From positions 12,152,001 through 12,216,000 of the forward strand of contig JAQFVV010000003.1 in NCBI GenBank assembly GCA_028023455.1: DNA of 64,000 nt, in the 5' to 3' direction. The DNA is from Epiperipatus broadwayi (lineage: Eukaryota; Animalia; Onychophora). The notes below the pieces were generated by a model. It ran no database searches. It saw only the letters and a list, made by a program, of their open reading frames with translations, and was not told the origin of the DNA. Within the stretch, counting starts at the first letter, position 1, and each line of letters starts with the position of its first letter. Shown piece after piece: positions 23,701 through 37,879 of this stretch. Both the position numbers and the translations under genes were made by a program.

Positions 23701-26699
23701 ATTATCATATTGAAGATAAACGTAAAGTATAAATCTACAGGTTATTACTTAATATAATTTTGGTAAACATTTCTTTTTGTAAAAAAACATTTCTCATCAA
23801 AAGCAAAAATGTCAAACACTTTTCACTTATAAGAATATTTCAAATTTTTAATCACTTATTATATACATAAACTAAATGTGATATATACATAAGCAATATA
23901 CATTTTAACTTATGGCAGAAATATCTAGTGATATATATACCAATTATAAGTATTCAGTCAATTTAAAGTGCAATATAGTTTTACATTTTTATTCACTGTG
24001 TGCTAATACTAAAAAATTAAAAATAATAGAGATAAACATATTTTTTTATATTAAATGATGCACAAAGAATGACTTGATTATTTGCTGCAGCTGCGATATT
24101 TATTATTTATATTTGCTTTTGATGGTAATATACTGATTTTTATTTTTTTATTACATTCAGCTAAAAAGTAAAAATAGGGTTTGCTTATTAGTATTTTCAT
24201 CATCCCACACATCCATTCCATTACAAATGGCAACCCAACTATGGATCTGATGTTGGTTGGGTCCAGAATTATAAAATAGTTACACAACTTAGAACTCATG
24301 AGAAAAAGAGCCTGAATGTATTATGCAAAATTACCAAAGTAATTATTGAAGTAAATAGTGAAATATGTATAAATTTGGTATTTAAATGATAGATAATTGA
24401 TTAATAGGCACTAGGGTAGTGATGATGATATACTGGTAAAGTAAACTAACCAAAAAAAGTAACTGGGAATTGCTAATTGAAGAAAGAAATAACTTTTGAT
24501 AAGCAAGAGTACTGACTTGTAAGCAAGGAAAAAATGTTTGTATCAATCAGGCTCAGGAAGACTAATATATATTTATTATTTTCATGATTATATGATGTAA
24601 ATGTTTTTTTCAGCTTAAACCATGTATTATTTTGTTTAAATTCCCAATGTTTTGACCAAATATTATTCACCATTATCAAAGTTAAGGTCTAAATGAAGAA
24701 TTGTTACATCTTAAGTAATAATGAAACTGAGTGTGGAGCAAAGAACAATTTTCTTATATGTTGTACCGCTCATGAAGAGCGCTCTATGTGAAATTGTTGG
24801 TCACAATTATTAAAAGTAAAATTTTCATAAATAACGCAAAAGTTTTAAAATTGATTAATGAACAATAAAATTATTGCAGAATAATTTGTCTGTAAATAAC
24901 TGAATTAAAATATCTCATTTGAAAAAAAGAAAATAATTTATAAAAGTTTAAAGAGTAATTGGAAGGGGGAGAAAGTTTAACTTATAAAGGTTAAAGCTAC
25001 AACAATTAAAAATAAATATTTTCTATGAAATTAAAAGTACTCTCTCATTTCATTTAAACCATTAAAGAAAAAAAAGGGGGAAAGATATCTTAAAACTAAA
25101 AAAAAAATCTCTTCACATTTATTTAAAATAAATGAGATTGTAAATAACGAATTGATTGTAAACATAAAGGAATAGTAAAATGTGTGCATGTTAATAAAAT
25201 GGAATATGAAAGTTAAATATTAAAGAATAAATGAAAGTGTGTAAGTTAAAAGAAATTCCCTCAAATATTGCATATACTCAGAAGTTATATAAAAACAGAA
25301 TTAGCAATGGCTACTAATTAAAATCTCTAAACAACAGGGATTATCAATGGCTACTAATTAAAAAATCCATAAACAATTAATTAAAATCTTATAAAAATTT
25401 AATCAAAAGCAGTGGACGAATTTTCAACAATGGATATAGCTGGCAGGTATAGAAACTCATTTAAAAAATGACAACAGGTCATCACATAAATAGTCCATTA
25501 TTCATCATTCAATCAGTTTTTACAATCAGTCTTGAGTCAGTCTTGTCACATATCCAGAGTCAGTGTTTTTCATGTATCTAAAGACAATGCAGTGTTAGCA
25601 GTCATCAGAAGTATATGGCCAGATTCCAGGCTGTCTGATGGAACATCAGCAACCTGTCCGATAAAAGTAATGCCTGCCTAATAATTTGAAACTGCCAGAT
25701 ATCTAACTGTCTTGAATAAAAGTATCACGAAATAGCAATCATAGGAACCTATACAGAAACCTAAAATCCAACTGGTTGATAAAACCCACATGACACAGCA
25801 AACAGCAAGAATTCAACGTCCAAAATCCTATAGGTAATAAATAATGTTTTCTTATTCCATTTCTGATTTTAATGTAGCCTTTGCAATCTTTAAAGCCTCC
25901 AGAGTCAGTAAAACAAATAAACTCTATAACCACATAAAATGAACTATTGATGTGCGTGTTTTAAATGTTTTGTGTTTATTTAATGCTCTTTGTTATATAT
26001 ATTCTATTGCGTGATTTATTAAGAATACGTGCACTTATATATATAAAAAAATTATTGTTTAAGTTAATTAAGAGTTTATAATAGTAGTTTCCAAATTATA
26101 ATAATAGACATTTTGTTAAAATAAACTATATTTAAAACTTAATATTTTGTCGGTTAATTCTTTTACTCATGCCACTAATTAAATCAGCAACTTATTATAT
26201 TATTCTTTTTGATTGAGCTAGTTGGGATTTTTTAAGACACTGAATTAGTTTGCCATCATTCAGGGCACATTAGTTGTTTTTGTAATTAACTGGCACCTGG
26301 AGTTTACTCCAAAACAAAAAAGTGCTTTGAATGATAGGTGTTGAATTTTGTAGCTGAGAAGATGTGACCTTGAAACATAGTCATAGTTATATATATCATA
26401 TATACAGCTTTGGTGTGGTTACAAGTATCCTCTGGGTATTATTCTTCCCTGCCTAAAGGACCGATGGAGCAATACTTAAATTGCATTGGAGTAGATCGAA
26501 TGTATAATTTTATAATAATAATAATTGTATCAGATGTTATATGTATAAGAAGTCAACAATGTGTTTATCTTAAAACTTGCTTTTCACAATTTTCTATTAT
26601 AGTAAAGAGTTAAAAATTCATGCTAGATGGTGTTTCCCAATCGATCTACTACACCATCCGATTCAATATATATATATATATGATGACTGATTATTCAGA

Positions 26700-27775
26700 A
26701 TCGTTGGATTAACAAAATTTACAATTAATTGATTTCAAGTTGATTTTAGAAGAAAGAAGACTGGAATATGTTGTGCTTCATCAGATTTATTTAAACCACT
26801 CAGTCTTTTTAATATTTCAATAGATTCTCTTATGGTTTTCATATCTTTTCCAAATTAGCAAGTATTTTAGCATTATCAAAATCACATGTATGATCAATTT
26901 CTAAAAAATATCAACTTAAGGCTGATGTATTTTAGCCTTTAATTGAAGGCAGCTTCTTAAGCATTTTGAATATAGAATTGCATAGACATTTTAATATTCC
27001 AAAAGTACCCAGTCTTTTAGATTTACAGAAAAGTCACTTTTTTTGCTAGTGTTTCAGGTAGTTTTAGTATTGAAATTAGACAGTCTTCTACTGATCTTAT
27101 CAGTGATTCTTTTAATATAACATAAAATAACTATAACTAGCTGAATTGTCAGTTTCATCATCTTTTTTTCTTTTTAGTATCAATGAAAGAATTAATATTT
27201 CTGAATCTGTAAAAGAAAGAATATGAATGAATATATCTTGGATTACTTTTAATTCCTTTTATATATATCATTTAGTTTAATTTCCTAAAAAAAAAACTTA
27301 CGTGGATTTAATAGTTGTAATCATTAGAAAATAGACTATTTTTGGTTAGTTTTATTTCTCGAGCAAGATAATATATATCAGACAAATTATAAGCTCTCAT
27401 CAAAAGATTTTTTGCCATAGAAAATATATAAGCAGAATGATGCTGAAAATTAAAATGAAGATATCTATTTGTGTGGGAGGATTTTTTTGTAAATATATAT
27501 TGATAAAGAGTCATCAGATTTTCTAGCAATTAAAACATCTAGAAAAGAAAGTTTTATTTTATGGTAAACTTAATATTAGGATCCCATCCATTAAGAAAAA
27601 CAAGAAGAGAATTCAAGGCATCGCTATCATGAAGACATATAACAAACATATCATCTTTATATATGAGCCAAATGTAAGGTCTTTTAATAGCTGTATTTAA
27701 TATTTTTCAAAATTATTCATGAAAAGATCAGCAATGACAGTGAAAAGCCCATAGAAAATCTTTTAATTTGATTAT
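26700..27775 (-). pseudogene. Penelope-like element relic (RT C-terminal half plus GIY-YIG endonuclease remnant)
   Basis: Minus-strand fragments: SMG..(L)SL..ADLFMNNFE, KRPYIW..YKDDMFVI, NGWDPNIKFTI, FLDVLI, HTNRYLHFNFQHH...AKNLLMRAYNLSD, KRITDKISRRL, HTCDFDNAKILA..RESIEILK. These are characteristic PLE RT, thumb and GIY-YIG motifs. Confidence 0.85.
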
Positions 27776-27872
27776 ACTCCCCAAATAATATATATATACA
27801 CATGGAATTAAACCTAATACAAGTTTTATTTATTCAGATTTGTTTAGGAAATTAAACAAAATAATATATAGA

Positions 27873-28595
27873 TACGAGGGGGGATCCAAAAATAACTAAA
27901 ATCATTTTCTGGTATGCAGGCCTGTTGTAGTATATACTTTTGCTGTTACATACTTCTTTCAGAAAACCTTCTGCATCAATCTTCCAAATGATGTCACTGT
28001 GTGAAGTTGTGGTTTCACATAGCACTTTTTTTTTCTAAAATGTGTTTCATGTATTTGTCAAATTTTTTTTAATGGATGAAATGTTGGAATTAACGCTACT
28101 TCATTTTTTTATGCAAACAACATTTTTCTCTCAGATTTAGTTCATAACAGTCAGCCATTTTATTTGCAATTTCTGAAACATGTACATGATGCAATAAAAT
28201 GTAAACATCCCATTTTGTGCAAAGAAAAGAGTGCAAACTCCTTTCCAACAGTGAGTATTATCTCTCAAAGCCTTGAGTATGAAACACTTTAATTAAATTT
28301 AGCATGACCCAGCCTATTTATCAGCTGTGTTTATTCAATTTCACTTTGTGTGATTTTTTTTTTTTTAATCTCTCAAATGAAAAAAAATGTCAATTTTTTT
28401 TTTTTGTTTTTTTTTGTGTTAAAATGCATCAGTTTGTAAGTGTTTCTGGGCTACTTCAAAATGTGACAAATTGGTTTAAACCAGTGCATTGGATTAAATA
28501 GACTATATTTTTTAAAGAGATTCAATTTGCAACACCTAAAAATAAATATAGTATTTGTATTACAAGATTCCAATTATATTTGAGTTCCCTTGTGT
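27873..28595 (+). mobile_element. Internally deleted mariner-like element
   Basis: Starts TACGAGGGGGGATCCAAAAATAAC (mariner-type TIR) with a degenerate inverted copy near 28574-28595. Remnants DAIKCKHP and LCDFFFF resemble DAIRRKRP and APCDFFLF. Confidence 0.65.
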
Positions 28596-28639
28596 CTAAG
28601 GAATTAAAACTAATACAAGGTATATTCATTCAGATTCTT

Positions 28640-29140
28640 TCACTTAAGAGAGATAGAGTTGTCTTCATTCTTTCAGATTGTTAGCAAATCACAACAGTTT
28701 GGTAATAATCACCAGTATAAAAGAATATTTGAAAAACTTTTCATTGGAAATGATTTTCAACAACAAATGCTAAGTACAGCCAGAGATATATTATCCAATG
28801 TTCCTGTGAAATGTAATCTCTCAACAGTGAAAAGATATCATGTCATGCTTCAGCGTTAATAGAAGATAATAGCCTGAAGATGATGATGATGATCTGAAAC
28901 CAGCTTATTATGATGTCCTGATAGAAGTTCCTGTTGCTCAAAAGTTACCTTATCTTATTGAAGTGAATTCAAAGAGACTCAAACTTGGAAATGAAGAAAC
29001 TGAAAAATGGAGTGAAGAAAACAAAGGATTGTTATACTGCCACAAATTTGTAATATTAAAAGATGCTTGGATTGTAAATTGAGTAATTATTAAATCCACA
29101 GGAAGGTTTTTTTAGGAAATTAAAACCTAACATAATCCCT
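28640..29140 (+). pseudogene. Unidentified decayed coding sequence
   Basis: Protein-like frames with stops and frameshifts: YKRIFEKLFIGNDFQQQMLSTARDILSNVP and PEDDDDDLKPAYYDVLIEVPVAQKLPYLIEVNSKRLKLG...GLLYCHKFVILKDAWIVN*VIIKSTGRFF. Confidence 0.45.
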
Positions 29141-30659
29141 GCCCCCTCTTATGTTTGTAAAATATTATTAGAAATATCGGTCTTATGCATATCATTCTTA
29201 TTTTCTATTAGATTAGTATATTACAGATTGATTTGGTTTATTGGAAAGATACATATATATTTGATAATAAAGTTATCTGTGTGTATATGGCAGCTTTTAT
29301 AAGTGTTTTTGTTGTTTTTTTTTAAATTTGAAAATAACTTGCCCATATAATATTTTCATAACACATCAGATATTTATTTTTATTATATCTACATTTGCAT
29401 AGATCCATCAGTAATTTTTTTTTTCATTAGTCGAACTATTTCAAGATTTATTTATTTAAATATAATATTCATGCCATTCTTATTTAAGCCATGTCTCATT
29501 TCCATTGCATACTTAATTAAATAGTTTATGTTCCTGAATATACCATGAGTATATCTGTACTTTAATGGTAAAAAAAATAGGATATTATGAAAAGAGAAGT
29601 ATTACTCCAGGAATCGATTTAGTATATCTTGATTATAAATAAACTATCTTAATCCAATTCTCATATAGCTAAAAGTGATAATGATCAGGAAGTATAAGTT
29701 GTTTTTGTTTATTTACAGTTCTTCAGTATTATCTTTACAAAATATGTAATTTAATCATCATTCTAGTTATTAACGGAAGTTCAAGATCAGGATCTCAGAA
29801 TGTATGATTAATAAAACATTGCATACTTTTCTCTCATATTTCCTTACACTTATCTCTGGAGCAGTATATAAATATTTTTTCTATGTGCTGATAAGTCACA
29901 TATGTAATATTACAGTCTCTTGTGCGTTTTGTTCCCATCACACAATGTCATTCATGATTAAAACCCACTGAAAGAAAATTTATTTGAGAATAAATGCCAT
30001 TTTCTTTATATCAACTTCAAATTATACAAACAATAATCAAGCTCACTTAAGCATAAAATTTAATAGGAAATTTATGACAACTATACAGGGCAAATACACT
30101 ATATTTAATTTTAAATAATTCCTTTTTTATTTTATTTCCCCACTGATAATTAGTCAATGTAAATTAGTATATTTTTTAGGCCAATAATATTAAAATATAT
30201 ATATATTCTAACAAAATAGAATTCGCTAGGGGATTGATGTTTATAGGCGTCCACGTTGTAGCCAAATCTAACTAATATGATTTATTAACTATTCGAATTT
30301 CCAACTATCGGAATTATCCTTGTATAAATTAAATATTTTCTAAGTATAAATTAATTAAATAATTTCTCAAGTACAATGTATAATCTCCTTCGTGCGACCG
30401 CGTTACAAGCCAATTGTAACTCAATAAAAATCAATTCTAACAAATGAAAAGTTATTCTTTATTTTGTTAACTTTATAAAAACTTATTGAATTAACATAAA
30501 ACGCATTTTGCAATCTCTGTCTATCGGTCATCCACATTGGATTTCAAATAGAACTAAAACGATTGGGAGAGCTTACAAATATCACATATTATTGGATAGT
30601 TTAAGCTAATTATAACTTTATTCCAACAAATGAGAAATTTTATTTAAATAGTCGCACAG

Positions 30660-33310
30660 ATATTGTTCAAATACCTATAATTAAAGTGGATTTAGTAGCA
30701 ACTGATGTAAATGGTCATCCAATAGATGTTCAGGGGATTGCAGCAGTGTCAGTGAACGTAAATATGAGATTGAAATATCTATCTTCGTACATTTTGAAGA
30801 GAGATTTCAATTCTAGGCAGGAATTGGTTTAAACTATTAGGGATTAGAATAAAAATAATAAAAAGATTACAGTTGAAATCGGAAAGTCAGGTCTTCAGTA
30901 TTAAATACACAGCCAGTTGACAGAAAATTAATAACCCATGCTCAGCCTCTTGTTTGCTGATCATGGAAGGTCCCTTTCACTTTGAAAAACAAAATTGAAG
31001 AAAGGCTTAAAGACTTAGTAAAGAGGGGTGTTATAACACCTATTGAGGAGTCAACGTGGGCAACATCTATCCTCATAACATTAACATTAGATGGGACTAT
31101 TCATTTATGTGGCAATTATCGAGCAACTGTGAATAAATATATCCTGTATCTAATGATCAGGAAGTCTAAGAATCATTGTAAAAAGTATCATATTTTTCTA
31201 AAATTGATCTACAGTCCGTATTTCACCAGATTCCACTAATGAGAACAGCCAAATTCCTAAGAATCATTGTAAAAAGTATCATATTTTTCTAAAATTGATC
31301 TACAGTCCGTATTTCACCAGATTCCACTAATGAGAACAGCCAAATTCCTAACAATTAATATTCATGTGGGATTATTTACATGTAATAAATTCCCATATGG
31401 AATAATTATTAACCCGAGCATGTTTCAAGCAAAAATAGGTGGTTTGTTGCAGGGGGTGGAAGGAGTCATTCATAACTAGATGACATTTTGATGAAGTAAA
31501 TTAAGAGAATATGTAAGCAAAGTATATGAAATACAAGAAAGATTTAGTGCACAACTAAGCATGAATACAATGGAGATTAAGTTTTTGGGGCATATTATTA
31601 CCAATAGAGGCAAACATCCAAATCCCAAAAAAGTGAGAGCTGTTAAAAAAGCATCTAAACAGAAAAATGTTAAGAACTTGCATTTTTTTCAGTTTCTTTA
31701 AAGGTAAATCTCATGTGAGTCCGCTATATGAACTGTTAAAGAAAAAACCACAATGAAATGGAGAATTAATAAGTACATTATAGAAACAATCAAGAGATAA
31801 TCGTGACTATTGACACTTTGGAACATAGCATTGATACAGTTATTTCACATATATATGGAAGTGAATATCTGACCACGTATGCATCCAGAACTTTAACAGC
31901 TTCCTGAAAAAACTATAGGCAGCTGGACAAGGTAGATCTAGCAATTGTATTTGAAAATTTCACCAATATGTGTCTGGATATACATTTAAGATTTACACAA
32001 ATCATAGACTCCTGCTGGGAATATTAAGAAATGTGGAGAAGACTCTGGATCATATCAGTCAGGGATAAATGTATCAGCATTCTATAACTTTGAACTTATA
32101 TATAAAACAGGAAAAGAAATCAGTCATGCTGAAATTCTGTTTAGAATGCCAGATATACATGAGTACAAACCAGAATCTTTTGTCCAATTGGACAAAAGAA
32201 GATTGGGTTATCAACTACTTAAAAAATGGACTAAAGAGGGATTTCCTTAAAATCAGCCAAGTTATATGGTTGAACCAATCTAGAATGTTTACCAAAATCT
32301 TTTCATGTATAATGGATGCATTCTGATGATATATAGTGGATTGATTCCTACTGGAGGAAATGAGTGTACGAATACTACATAAAGGATATCCTCACATTAT
32401 CATAACAAAAGAACTAGCTAGATTATATGTGTGATGTCCTGATATGAATTATAATATTTACTAGGCAATCACTGTATAGCTTGTCATTCCACCACTAAAT
32501 TATTGTGTATGATATTGGAATCATGGAAGAGAAAATATATATATGAACCATGCTGGATCTTTTAATGGATATATTTTCTTGGTAGTTATTGATTATTGAA
32601 AATTGATGATACAATTAGGGTATAAAATAACTGTTAATGTATCATGGGTATTGTATCATTGTTAAGGGGATTTGTCATGTTTTTAAGATATCTATATCAC
32701 CGTGAGCCATAAAAACTCAGTTTATGAAGCTTTAATAGCAGTCATGTTTTATCAACATTTTACACCAAGCATAGCAACTAGAAAGATGCCCATTGAAATA
32801 CAAAGGAGATAGAAATTCAGAACTCATGTATCAATATTAATTCCTAATAACAATGAGAAAGGAGAGAATAATTTAGACAACATGAGAGTATGGATATGCT
32901 ATATTGTGAGAAAACAGTGGCTAACAGTAGTTGTAGTCAAATTATTGCTGAAATTACTAAGATTGACACAATTGGTTGATGGAAATGAAGTCTGGACATT
33001 CATAAACCATCTAAGAAGTTACCCGAGAAATCTTGTGAAAGAAAATGTGCATCATTGGAAATTTAACAAAAAGAGAGGTTTAGAATTGAGCTAATAGATG
33101 AAGCTGAGTGTGCTAGGGTGATTAACCATACATATGATTTGCTATAAGTGCTTGTGAAGGAATTACCCAGTGCTGGACTAATTAAAGAAGTGTACAAATA
33201 TAATAGTGGAGGAAAAGTGACTAGAACCATCACTGAGACAGGTGAGGGATTGGAAAAGACTAGCACTATGTTATAATTGGGTTTTTCTAGAGTGGAGGAG
33301 AGTGCAATGT
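30660..33310 (+). pseudogene. Decayed Ty3/Gypsy pol (protease-RT-RNaseH-integrase order)
   Basis: KIEERLKDLVKRGVITPIEESTWATSIL...DGTIHLCGNYRATVN (RT start), later RNaseH- and integrase-like fragments, and a purine tract AGAGTGGAGGAGAG at about 33289-33302. Confidence 0.85.
31166..31351 (+). repeat. Perfect 91-bp tandem duplication
   Basis: CTAAGAATCATTG...CAGCCAAATTC at 31166 and again at 31257. Confidence 0.95.
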
Positions 33311-36300
33311 CGAATAAATATGTGTATATATGAATATATAAAGTGATGTTGAATAAAATTATTGTATATAACAAATAATCAGATTAGATATTGATTAACA
33401 CTCATTGCTGGACACTCTAAAAAATTAATAAATACAAATATTCAGAATATAATAGTGTATGCTAATTATGCAAATATCTATTCATTATGTAGATATATGC
33501 AGTTTATGCCAGTGCAGATTTAAAAAACTATTTAAAGTGTCTAGAAAAAGAGGATGAGTAACAGTCTTGAATATGCATAAGTAGAGTAGTACAATTAAGC
33601 CATAGAGATGATGAATATGTATAGTAAGAAGATGTATAATTGTACTTGTTACATTGTTTAATTTAACAAATTTCAGCATAGGTTATTCATTTTAGTCTAA
33701 ATATCGATGCACATTCAGTTGGTAATAATAAGATTATCTCTGGATATAGCAGTCTAAATATGTAAATACTTATATCATTTAGTGTATTTGCAGTTCATCA
33801 TAAATGCATTAAGTGTAAGAAAAAAATAGTGGTTCAGATGCTCAATTTCCATTCATTCTTATAATTTGTACCTTGAATGTAGCAGAAATCAAAGGCTATT
33901 ACTTAAAAGCAGTGTTTTCAAAAGTGAAAGGTTTTAATTTTTATATATATATATAATTTTTAAACCTGCCACAACTATATTATCTCAGCCACATTCTTCC
34001 TTTAAATAAAGAAAAGTTTGAATTTTGCAGCTCATTCAAAAGGGAGCTTTTTTTTTTATTTTATTTAAAGGGGGATATGACTGAAATAATATAGCTGTCG
34101 GATGTTTAAATTATTTTATAGAGATTTCAGAATGCGTTATGCATTATTTCTCATTAATATATGTATAAGTAAGCCAAGTATAATATATAATGTCAAACAA
34201 CATTATAATTATTTTATGCTTTTAAAATATTGTTGATCTTTGGTTTGGTATGTATAAGTAGGGAGTTGTATATGCCATTGGCAGTAATTAGCAAGTAGAA
34301 CCTTAGCTAAATGTGCACTGGGACAGCTGATTACCTGTTTCATTTAGTGTGATACTATAATTTATAAGTTGCCAGCAAATTGATTGACTTGATTCATTAA
34401 ATATTAGAAATTTATTAATTTATAATATCTCCAATTTAGCATTGTGCATGTTTGCTTTAAAACGTAATGCTGTTTAAAATCTGATAATATATACTTGTTT
34501 TCAATTTTGCCTTGGTTAATTTGCAATAGTATTAAAAAGTGCATTATTTACACTCAATATAATTGGCTCTTGGTTGGTATCATTAAAAGTCACTGGCAAA
34601 TAAATCCTTAGTTAACTGATTTTTAGTGTTATCCTATGAAATAATTTTAATGGTAGAGTTAATTGGCTAATTTTTATGAAACTATTTTAATGGAAGAGTT
34701 GATTGGCTAATTTTTCTCTTCATTTGTATGAAAAAGTTAATAGCTTATTGATCATCTGTTTTTTTTATCATGATACAATAGCTTTGTAAATGTAAATTCC
34801 CAATATATTGATTAATTGGGTTATTTAAAATTGTTAAGTGCCATTAGAATATATATATATACACACACAATATATTAAAATTTAATGATTTAATATCCAA
34901 AAATAAATTTGTATCATATGTTTTTTCATAAAGGCAGTTTAGGGGAATCAGATTAATAGGATAGGCATGTACTATGGCCAAGCTAATGCTTAATCATCAT
35001 CATCTGTAGCTTGCTTGCTTCTATCTTTTTGACACAATTTTTTGTAGCAATTTTTATTTATACAAATATAAACCATGTCTCAGTATTTGCATGTGTATGA
35101 TATTTCCTATAAGAGTTGATTGTTGTTCTGATATTCATATAACCATCTAATAATATTCTGGAACTATAATTCTTCATTGAGAATAGTTAAAAAGCCATTT
35201 AAAGTTTGCTATGATAGTAGACCAACTATTTGAAAAAATCCTCAAATTTTGGAACCAAACTCCAAATCAAGAACCTAGAAAGAATATATATTAGTATCTA
35301 CATTGAAAGATTAAAGCCATATCGTAAACTTTAATGAGCTAATAAAGCAATAAAACCCTTTATATTCAGCAGTTTATAAAAACTAGTTAGCATTTATATA
35401 ATTACATTTATATGTAGCAATTCAGTGTAAGTGCATCATCAGATAAAAGAATGATGACTAATCAATTTTCCTTCACTTTTATAATTTGTACTAATAATTA
35501 AAAGTAATATTTACAGGAAACGAGAGTTTTATCTTAACTATTTTTTTATATATGAATCCAATTATTATTTAATGTTTGGGAATAGATTAAATTCTTATCC
35601 AATCCCGTAAATATAGATTGGTCATCATAGTCATTTTTAGTTTTACAGTATATGATGTTTGTCTAACTAGGGCTGGAAGTTGGTATTAGTCACTACAGGG
35701 CTTCTTGAGTCTTTTATATTTTCCAGTTAAAAATAGATATATCTAGTGAATTAGTAATTAGTTGGTTGTAAGCTGCCTGCCTGAAAAGATTCCAAACATA
35801 AATTTTCTGTTTCCTGAAAAAAAATCATCTCCTCTCTCTTTCAGCTTAAATCCCAAGTTAAGAACTTTAATAACTTTATGAGGCTGGTTTATTCATGGTT
35901 ACATTATTATCTTTAAAAGACAAAATAATGAGCCCCTTGCATTATTTCATTTTATAGTAATGTAAGTCAGAGTGCGTATATTTTCTGTGTTGCATTTTTG
36001 TGTATTGTCTCTTAATCAAAAATATTAAAATAATAATAAACCATAAAACTAAAGATTGATTATAAATTATATATTTTATTAGTTGAACAGTGGATGCTCA
36101 TAATCTATACTTGCAAATCATAATAAAAAATTCTGCTTAAAAAAATATTAATTGGGAATACTGTTCTTACTTCACCATACCCTTGTGGCAGATCTTTTGG
36201 GACTATTGGCTGTTGAAAGCGTGTAATGCATTTCAATATAAGTGTGTATGAAATCGTTATTTTTCTTTTCTATTTAAAAAAAAAGTTAGTAATTTTCTTT

Positions 36301-36725
36301 TCCGGCTTTAGAAATCACAATAAAAATAATAAGTAAAATCAATGGACAATAAATGATAGTGCAGCTAGACTGATATGATAATTAAATGATCAGGCGTCTC
36401 TCAAAAAAGCTGTCTAAAAATTATTGAATGTCTTTTTATCTTTATTCACGTAAGCGCTTTCATATTTGAAACACAGATGCCGCTAAAATCAGTTCTTGTA
36501 TTTCTATATACTGTAGATGATTTAACTAAATGATAACTTTTGACTATTATTCATGATAATTTAACATTACTTATCAGCCTCTTATTAGGCATTTATTGTA
36601 ATATCTTTATATATATAATACAGTAGAAATAAGTATTTTGTAACCTTTAGATTAAGCATAGTCTACAATTTTCTTTTTTAAAAAATATATAGAGTAATTA
36701 AATGATTTTTTCCCCCTCGTTTTAG

Positions 36726-36806
36726 GTGATGCATGATTGCAGAGCGGATAGTGCTGCCCTTTATCATCAGTTTGGTGCAACTTTACAAAATGTATTTGAT
36801 ACTCAG
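36726..36806 (+). CDS. egl: egalitarian homologue, internal exon (exonuclease ExoII region)
   Basis: ttttag|GTG...CAG|gtcagt, phase 0/0. VMHDCRADSAALYHQFGATLQNVFDTQ matches Egl/EXD1-type VIHDCRND...QFGI.L.NVFDTQ. Confidence 0.9.
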
Positions 36807-37304
36807 GTCAGTTTTTTCGTATATATTATATCTGCACTATTGTCTATAATTCATTTACTTGGCATCTTATATTAAGTCACTACTGTATTTGTTGGCTTAA
36901 AAAATGAAAATTAGATTTTTTTTTCATTCGTAAATGATTATACTGATTTATGAATGACTTCTATGAATGAAAATTAAGAATCAGATGTAAAATGCAATAT
37001 TAAAAAAAATATTTTTATTATAATAATAATAAGCAATAAGTGATTAACTTATCGTTTCTTATGCTATGATCTAAGGTTTCAGTCTGGATGAAGCAAAATT
37101 TTAATTATAATATGATTAAACTTTTATAAGGATGCAAAGTTTTGGCTTACTTTTATAAGATGTTTAAAGCAATTTAATTTTTTTATTTCCATACATTTGT
37201 CTAGAGAAGTATCAAAGCAACATTGGATCAAAGGTAATAGAAATTTTAGTATGTTACTCTGATTTCAAATAAGAAGATAAATATTATACAAATATAATTA
37301 TCAG

Positions 37305-37879
37305 TTTGTATTTTCATATTGGACTATTTTCATCATCTAATGTGAGTATTGAATGGCTTTAGAAAATATAACTTTATTTACATATTCCAAATACATTCAG
37401 TTGTTAGTAATAGCGCATCAAACAGGTTAGTATATGCATGTTTTGAGAGACATTATTCTCCCCTCTTCTTCGGGTGTTGCTGACCATTGTGACAGTAATA
37501 GCATAGGAATTGAACCTGAACTCTTAGATTCTTGAATATTGAATTTTAAGGTAACGCCTAACCAACTGAGCCCATTGCTTAATAGGTTAGAGCTTTACCT
37601 TAAAATTCAATACTCAAGAATCTAAGGGTTCAGGTTCTATTCCCATATTAGTATTGTCACTGATCAGGCCAGCAACATCTGAAGAAGAGAGGAGAATAAT
37701 AATACCTCTTGAAACATTGTCCACATACTAGCCTGTTTGCTGTGCTATTACTAACAGTTGAATGTATTTGGAATAAAATTAAGTTTTTCTAAAGACATTC
37801 AATACTCATACTAGATGATGAAAATAGTCCAATATAAAAGTACAATTAAATATTGTCATCACAAACCTTCAGGAAAACA
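37305..37879. mobile_element. Fold-back element: two head-to-head copies of a tRNA-headed repeat
   Basis: Inverted arms about 37308-37568 and 37586-37843. Minus-strand A box GGGCTCAGTTGGTTAGGCG (37555-37573) and B box GGTTCAATTCC (37506-37516). 11-bp direct repeat ATAATTATCAG at 37294-37304 and 37880-37890. Confidence 0.75.

Noticed and set aside
26410-26613. ORF starting LVWLQVSSG, like EXD1 LCWLQVAT
   Set aside because: No polypyrimidine acceptor, and similarity ends after six residues
26622-26662. Hairpin GAUGGUGUA...GAAACACCAUC resembling type III hammerhead stem III next to the PLE relic
   Set aside because: No CUGANGA core between the strands
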